Shown here: positions 35,390 through 40,637 of the stretch, piece by piece | Layout of the letters: each line of letters starts with the position of its first letter | How positions within the stretch are numbered: position 1 is the stretch's first letter | DNA from: a virus | Lineage: Duplodnaviria > Caudoviricetes | IMG/VR virus record: IMGVR_UViG_3300020045_008796 | Coordinates: 1-40,637 of that record | Length of the DNA stretch: 40,637 nucleotides | Strand: one strand, 5' to 3' | Notes under the pieces: model-generated | Seen by the model: only the letters and a program-made list of their open reading frames with translations | Databases searched by the model: none | What the model was told of the DNA's origin: nothing | Made by a program: the position numbers and the translations under genes

Positions 35390-36284
35390 GACTCTGCAGG
35401 CTATCGAAGAAGCCTTGCAGAAAGACCAGGGCGCCAAGTTCCGCGGCCACCTGGGTGAGCTCATGCCGCTGGCCGGCGACGCCTACAGCACCAAGGAAGA
35501 CGACTGGCGCGACCACCTGGGCGCTTCTCTGATCGGCCGAGAGTGCGCACGTGAGGTCTGGTACGGCTTTCGATGGACGACTCTGAAGAAGTTCGATGGT
35601 CGCATGCTTCGCCTATTCAATCGAGGGCATCTCGAGGAGCCTCGCTTCATTGCCCTGCTGCTCATGATTGGGTGCCAAGTCTGGCAGATCGATGCCAACG
35701 GCAAGCAGTTTCGAATTAGTGGCCACATGGGACACTTCGGCGGTTCGCTGGACGGCGTCGCCCAGGGCATTCCCGACATCCCGGGCATCCCGGTGCTGAC
35801 AGAGTTCAAGACCCACGGGGAGAAGTCTTTCATCAAGCTCAAGACCGACGGCGTGATGTCTGCCAAGTGGGAGCACTTTGTCCAGATGCAAATCTACATG
35901 GGCAAGAATTCCTTGACCTGGGCTCTCTACGCGGCAGTCAACAAGAACACGGATGAGATCCATCTCGAGCTGGTGCAATTCGACCAGCAGCAGTATCAGC
36001 GCTACCTTGACCGCTCGGCTATGATCATCGAGGCCAAGGAACCGCCGCCAAAGATCAACCAAAGCCCTGGGTGGTTCAAATGCAAGTTCTGCGACCATTC
36101 AGATGTCTGCCATGGTGCTGGTGTCCCTGCTCGCAACTGCCGAACCTGCGTCTACTGTCATCCGGTCGATGGAGCGAAGTGGGTCTGCACCCTCAAGTTC
36201 GAAACCGAAGAATTGTCGAGTGCTAAGCAACGCGTCGGCTGCGATAATTACTCCTTGAACCAGACTTTCAAAAACAAGGTGTAA
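35373..36284 (+). CDS. Cas4-like / YqaJ-like PD-(D/E)XK exonuclease
   Basis: LGASLIG.ECAR, GSLDG, EFKT, QMQIYM, CKFC...C plus extra C-terminal Cys cluster. Confidence 0.85.
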   Translation: MLLATKTLQAIEEALQKDQGAKFRGHLGELMPLAGDAYSTKEDDWRDHLGASLIGRECAREVWYGFRWTTLKKFDGRMLRLFNRGHLEEPRFIALLLMIGCQVWQIDANGKQFRISGHMGHFGGSLDGVAQGIPDIPGIPVLTEFKTHGEKSFIKLKTDGVMSAKWEHFVQMQIYMGKNSLTWALYAAVNKNTDEIHLELVQFDQQQYQRYLDRSAMIIEAKEPPPKINQSPGWFKCKFCDHSDVCHGAGVPARNCRTCVYCHPVDGAKWVCTLKFETEELSSAKQRVGCDNYSLNQTFKNKV

Positions 36285-36285
36285 C

Positions 36286-36994
36286 ATGAAAATTGCTGTG
36301 CTCTTCGATGGGGCTGGATTGGCAAGGCTTGGCCTCGAACAGGCTGGGCATACTTGCGTCGGGGTAGAGCTTGACCCGCATAAGCATCATCTGTCTGCCT
36401 TTGTCGGAGAGGGTGACTGCCGCCTAGCCGACGTCCGCTCCTTTGACCTCACCGGCTTTGATGCGGTGTGGGCCTCCCCGCCTTGCCAGAAAAGGAGCCA
36501 AGCCAGAACGCAAGGAGCACCCCGCAGCATCTACGCGGATGACCTTGTCGACTGGGCGCTGGCTTTAGATACGGCCGTCTTGTGGGTGGAGAATGTTGTT
36601 ACCCCCGGCGAGCAATTTGGTGCCCTCTATAATGCCGCTCAATTCCATGAGCCCCCCCCTGCAGATCAGGAATCGTGTAATCGGAGGACACTACCAAGCA
36701 CCAGAAGTTCTTCGCCCCTACACCAGAGCAATCAAGGGAGTCTGCCCAGCGATTACTGCAACAGAATACCGGGGATGCGCAAGCGACCGGAGGCGCGCTT
36801 CTCGCTTTTATGGGCGTCGCCTGACACTAGAAGAATGCGCCTATCACCAAGGCTTCTCCATCCCGGAAGAGTGGGCTACCCCTCCAGAGTGGTTCACTGG
36901 GTCTCTGGTAGCTTGGCGCAATCAGCAGTACGAGGCTATCGGAAATGGCGTCCCTGTTTACATGGCGCGTGCGTTTGGGGAGGCCTATAAATGA
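36286..36994 (+). pseudogene. C5 cytosine DNA methyltransferase, frameshifted at a C8 tract (36652-36659)
   Basis: Motif I LFDGAG, IV SPPCQ, VI ENV in first frame; VIII QIRNR and X IGNGVP in the shifted frame, whose stop overlaps the helicase ATG. Confidence 0.85.
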
Positions 36995-38655
36995 AGCTCC
37001 GCGATTACCAAGACGCTGCGGTCGATAGCATCTTCCAATACTTCGCCAACGGCGGACAGGGTAACCCGATCGTGGCGCTGCCCACCGGTACCGGCAAGTC
37101 TGTGGTCATCGGGGCGTTCATTCGGCGCGCCATGGAGCTCTACCCTGGGACGCGCGTTATGAAGCTGACCCACGTCAAAGAGCTGATCGAACAGAACCTT
37201 GAGAAGCTGCTGGCCATCTGGCCGACTGCCCCTGCCGGTGTTTACTCTTCTGGCCTCAAGCGCAAGGATATCGGGCAGCCGATCATTTTCGGCGGCGTTG
37301 GCACTGTGGCACGCGGCACGCCAGACCTCTTCGGGCGGATTGATTTGCTCTTGATTGACGAATGCCATCTGGTCTCTCCCAAAGAGGACACGATGTACCA
37401 GATCGTTATCCAAGGGCTGAAGGAGATCAATCCGCACCTCAAGGTCATCGGCTTCACGGCCACGCATTACCGGCTCGGTCATGGCATGCTGACAGAGGAG
37501 GGCGGACTCTTTACAGATGTCTGTTTCGACATGACGCGCCTTGAGGCTTTCAACTGGCTGCTGTCAGAAGGCTACTTGTCGCGGCTGGTGCCAAAGCCCA
37601 CTTCCGTCCAGCTCGATGTCAGCGATGTCCACATCCATGGCGGTGAGTTCAAGCAGAACGAGCTTCAGGCTGCCGTCGACAAGGACGAGGTCACCTACGC
37701 CGCGGTTCAGGAGATGCTGGCTTATGGCCATGATCGCGCGCATTGGTTGATCTTCGCCTCCGGTATCGAGCATGCCGTTCACGTAGCTGCCATGCTGGAC
37801 AGCCTGGGTGTCTCTGCCACCTATGTCCATTCGAAGATGCCCGACAACCAGCGCGATGCCGCCATCCTTGACTTCAAACGCGGCAAGTTCCGGGCCATGG
37901 TCAACAACGGCATCTTGACCACTGGCTTCGACTTCCCAGGCATCGACCTCATCGGCATGCTACGCCCGACGCAATCCCCTGGTCTATGGGTTCAGATGCT
38001 TGGACGAGGTACGCGCCCTGTCTATGCCCTGGGCTATGATCTCAGCACTGCCTCCGGTCGCATGGATGCCATCTATTACGGCGGCAAGCAGAATTGCCTC
38101 GTGCTGGACTTCGCTGGCAATACAAAACGCCTAGGGCCGATTAACGACCCCGTCCTGCCCAGACGTAAGGGCAAGGGCGGCGGAGTCGCCCCTGTGCGGT
38201 TATGCGAGGTCTGCGGAACCTATAACCATGCCAGCGTCCGCTTCTGTGTTGAGTGCGGTGCCGAGTTCCCGCGCGAGGTCAAGATCCGCCAGCATGCGGG
38301 GACTGACGAGCTCATCTCGGATGGCGCCCCGAAGACAGAAGTCTTCAAGGTTGACCGAGTCATCTATGGCGAGCATCGAAAGGAGGGAAGACCCCCGACA
38401 ATTCAAGTAAGCTACTTCTGTGGTCTGCGCATGTTCAAAGAATGGGTCTGCCTCGAGCATGAAGGCTACGCCGGCAAGAAGTCTCGCGATTGGTGGCGCG
38501 AGCGCGCTTTAGATGAGCCACCTGAAACAACCGCCGAGGCTTTGGCCGGTCTCGATGTCCTTCGCACGCCAACCCATATCCGAGTCTGGTTGAAGCCCAA
38601 GTACGATGAAGTGCTGGCCTACGACTATACCGGAACATCCTTTGGAGAATCATAA
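36991..38655 (+). CDS. Superfamily 2 helicase, RadD/YejH-like, with Zn finger
   Basis: LRDYQ, PTGTGKS, DECH, TAT, LTTGFD, QMLGRGTR, LDFAGN, CxxC...CxxC. Confidence 0.92.
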   Translation: MKLRDYQDAAVDSIFQYFANGGQGNPIVALPTGTGKSVVIGAFIRRAMELYPGTRVMKLTHVKELIEQNLEKLLAIWPTAPAGVYSSGLKRKDIGQPIIFGGVGTVARGTPDLFGRIDLLLIDECHLVSPKEDTMYQIVIQGLKEINPHLKVIGFTATHYRLGHGMLTEEGGLFTDVCFDMTRLEAFNWLLSEGYLSRLVPKPTSVQLDVSDVHIHGGEFKQNELQAAVDKDEVTYAAVQEMLAYGHDRAHWLIFASGIEHAVHVAAMLDSLGVSATYVHSKMPDNQRDAAILDFKRGKFRAMVNNGILTTGFDFPGIDLIGMLRPTQSPGLWVQMLGRGTRPVYALGYDLSTASGRMDAIYYGGKQNCLVLDFAGNTKRLGPINDPVLPRRKGKGGGVAPVRLCEVCGTYNHASVRFCVECGAEFPREVKIRQHAGTDELISDGAPKTEVFKVDRVIYGEHRKEGRPPTIQVSYFCGLRMFKEWVCLEHEGYAGKKSRDWWRERALDEPPETTAEALAGLDVLRTPTHIRVWLKPKYDEVLAYDYTGTSFGES

Positions 38656-38846
38656 TGACCAAGCTAGCCGAAACCCGAGACCTCTTGCACGCCGATCTGA
38701 TCCGAAACCAAATTGTCCGGAGCTGCCTCAACTGCGAGTGCTTCGACAAACAGAAAGGCGAATGCCTTGAATTCAAGATGCGCCCACCGGCCGAGGTGAT
38801 CGTCTTCTCTTGCAAAGAGAACTGGATTGGCGAGATCCCTTTCTAG
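38655..38846 (+). CDS. Small Cys-rich protein ending in EIPF
   Basis: TAATG overlap with helicase; CLNC...C...PP.EVIV..C. Confidence 0.75.
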   Translation: MTKLAETRDLLHADLIRNQIVRSCLNCECFDKQKGECLEFKMRPPAEVIVFSCKENWIGEIPF

Positions 38847-38847
38847 A

Positions 38848-39138
38848 ATGAGAGCCTGTAAGCTCTGCGGAGCAGACATCAGCAACACCTACTATTCACG
38901 CCTGTATTGCGCGCCCTGCCAGCCGCATGCCCAGGTGGTGAAGGGAGCGCGCCTTGCGAGGGCGAAGGTTGCCAAGGCTGTTCGAAACGGCCTCCTCCCA
39001 GATGCCAAAACACTCCGATGCCGTGATTGTGGGAAGCCGGCTACCCAGTGGGAGCACCGTGACTATGCGAAAGCCTTGGAGGTCGAACCGGTCTGCGGAA
39101 GCTGCAACTGTTGGCGAGGTGAGGGTAAGCCCTTATGA
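38848..39138 (+). CDS. Zn-finger / HNH-like protein
   Basis: CKLC, CAPC, AVRNGLL, CRDCG...EHRDY...VCGSCN. Confidence 0.6.
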   Translation: MRACKLCGADISNTYYSRLYCAPCQPHAQVVKGARLARAKVAKAVRNGLLPDAKTLRCRDCGKPATQWEHRDYAKALEVEPVCGSCNCWRGEGKPL

Positions 39139-39171
39139 GGGTTTTTAGGATCATCTTCTTTGAAAAAGGTG

Positions 39172-39200
39172 TTGCACCCCTATCAGGTTGCCCCTATAAT
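39172..39200 (+). promoter_or_regulatory. Strong sigma70-like early promoter
   Basis: TTGCAC-N17-TATAAT with upstream A tract; internal direct repeat GTTGC(A)CCCCTAT x2. Confidence 0.8.
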
Positions 39201-39258
39201 TCATTCATGGATCAGAAGAACAGATCCTAAACCTCAACAGCCAACCTAGGAGTTTCTC

Positions 39259-39759
39259 ATGTACTACATCACCACCAAAGCAAACGTTCTCCCCTTCGCC
39301 CTCCTGGGCGAGCACGCCAGCCGCGCAGATGCACGCCAGATGGCAAAGGAGCTCGGAGGCACTTGCCGCACCCAAGCTGAATACGACGAGCTGGTTGCCC
39401 TCCACGCTGCCGAAGTCCCTGCCGAAGTGGATCAAGCCACCTTCGAAGAAGTCCAAGAGACCGGCGACCTCGAAGAACGCCTTGAAGTTGCTTTGGCAGT
39501 GGCCGATCAAGAAGAAAAGAAAGCTCCTGTCGTCAAGGCCGACGTTGTCCATGAGTCCACAGCTGAGCGTCCTTGCAAGCTGGTGTGGCACATCGCCGAC
39601 GAGATGGTGGCCGCTAACCCAGCAGTGCGCCGCAAAGATGTCTTGGCAGCTTGCGTCGCCCGTGGGGTGGCCTTCTACACTGCTCGCACCCAGTACCAGC
39701 AATGGCTTGGTATCCAGAAAGAGATGGCCGCTCGTGAAGCAGCTCAAGCAACCAAATAA
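39259..39759 (+). CDS. Early protein with C-terminal VWxIAD...TQY domain
   Basis: CCTAGGAGTT RBS; acidic linker; LVWHIADEM...RKDVLAAC...TARTQYQQW. Confidence 0.8.
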   Translation: MYYITTKANVLPFALLGEHASRADARQMAKELGGTCRTQAEYDELVALHAAEVPAEVDQATFEEVQETGDLEERLEVALAVADQEEKKAPVVKADVVHESTAERPCKLVWHIADEMVAANPAVRRKDVLAACVARGVAFYTARTQYQQWLGIQKEMAAREAAQATK

Positions 39760-39889
39760 AGACGCCTGCTACTGCGACCAATGCCAAGGCGCCCTCCGCG
39801 AGTGGGGGCGTCACCCAGCGGACCCGACCGGAGAAAGGTTCGGGGACCACCACTGGCCGATTCCTTTACCCCATGAACGCGGAGCCTCT

Positions 39890-40435
39890 ATGAAATACAT
39901 GCTTATTGACGTCACCAACGTCGAAAGTACGGCAGTTATTGCCATCGCCACGCAACGTCCGGTTGTCCTGCTGGGCAAAGTCCATGCCGCCCAGGGTCGC
40001 AAGGTTATAGCCCCGCCTCTTGAGGGCAGGAGCTTTGCCAAGCTCGACAAGCTGGCCTTGCAGTACCTCTACTGGAACATCAGCAAGGAGACACCTCCTG
40101 ATGAATACGGAGACCTTGTTCGCAACTGCCTCGCCAAGCTGAATGCCATACCGGAGGATGCTACCCCGATCGAAGACCTCGAGCGCGAGGTGGCCAGACT
40201 CTACCCGGAGACCCCGACCACCAGCAGCGAAGAGAAAGCGCCTAGGGAGCCCGGAGCACCTGCGCCCAGGCCGAAGGCTACTTCAACGACTGGGCGTGTG
40301 TGGGAGATTGCTGACCGCATGCTGGCTGCCGGATCGACCGATCGGAAGGCAGTCATCGCAGCCTGCGAAGCCGAAGGCATTAACCCGTCCACGGCATCGA
40401 CGCAATACGGAAAATGGAAGGCATCTAAATTGTAG
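39890..40435 (+). CDS. Early protein with C-terminal VWxIAD...TQY domain
   Basis: ATG after GGAG; RVWEIADRM...RKAVIAAC..EGINPSTASTQYGKW. Confidence 0.78.
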   Translation: MKYMLIDVTNVESTAVIAIATQRPVVLLGKVHAAQGRKVIAPPLEGRSFAKLDKLALQYLYWNISKETPPDEYGDLVRNCLAKLNAIPEDATPIEDLEREVARLYPETPTTSSEEKAPREPGAPAPRPKATSTTGRVWEIADRMLAAGSTDRKAVIAACEAEGINPSTASTQYGKWKASKL

Positions 40436-40446
40436 GACTAAAGGGC

Positions 40447-40475
40447 TTGACCTAGTCAGGCCTCCCGGATATTAT
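40447..40475 (+). promoter_or_regulatory. Strong sigma70-like promoter for the junction-spanning gene
   Basis: TTGACC-N17-TATTAT, followed by CCTAGGAGTT RBS. Confidence 0.78.
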
Positions 40476-40516
40476 TCAGGTCATGGGAAGCACCCATATC
40501 AACCACTTACCACCTA

Positions 40517-40637
40517 GGAGTTAGAAATGACTGAAGAAGCGAAGACCGAAGCCGTCGAGAAGGCACCCAAAGTTGAACAAAACGGCGTGTCCCGTCCGAA
40601 GGTTGGCACTGCCACCGAACGCGTCTGGGCGATTGCC
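40517..40637. repeat. Exact terminal direct repeat (copy 2), containing the first 37 codons of the 11..373 gene
   Basis: Identical to 1-121; ATG at 40527 corresponds to ATG at 11. Confidence 0.95.

Noticed and set aside
35373-36284. CRISPR-Cas system
   Set aside because: Solo Cas4-like nuclease is common in phage replication modules; no repeat-spacer array or other cas genes seen.
840-40186. Frequent CTCGAG/TCGA/GATC sites as evidence of restriction immunity
   Set aside because: Explicable by Leu-Glu/Ile codon usage at this GC content; needs a Markov-model k-mer count that I cannot run.
39329-40435. 368-aa ORF as a single gene
   Set aside because: First 140 codons overlap the well-supported 39259..39759 gene in another frame; RBS supports ATG 39890.

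Overview
The window is very likely one complete, circularly permuted dsDNA phage genome of about 40,516 bp. Bases 1-121 are repeated exactly at 40517-40637, consistent with an assembly overlap. It looks like a podovirus: the minus strand (about 7.9-28.4 kb) carries a P22-like morphogenesis module (terminases, portal, scaffold, coat, gp4/gp10-like tail proteins, three ejection proteins, tailspike) and a lysis cassette. No integrase, CI-type repressor, tRNA or CRISPR array was seen, so it is probably lytic; the host cannot be named from sequence alone. Replication genes include a family A DNA polymerase, a DnaN (beta-clamp)-like protein, an NrS-1-type primase-polymerase, a RadD-like SF2 helicase, a Sak4-like ATPase, a DUF669 SSB, a Cas4-like nuclease and a resolvase. 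The standout locus is a 7-deazaguanine DNA-modification operon (queE-queC-queD-PRT::folE-dpdA) translationally coupled to the clamp and polymerase genes. QueC carries a canonical beta-clamp-binding motif near its C-terminus (QLSLF), DpdA ends in DQIGLF, and the polymerase begins with a similar DSIGMF. This suggests base synthesis and base exchange are tethered to a sliding clamp at the fork. FolE is fused to a compact Gpt-like phosphoribosyltransferase, and QueC lacks its four zinc-binding cysteines. Other points: a C5 methyltransferase frameshifted in a C8 tract, a frameshifted ferritin-like gene in the lysis cassette, three tandem paralogous early proteins, a candidate origin, and candidate structured leaders. 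All family calls come from motif recognition by eye; no database searches were run.
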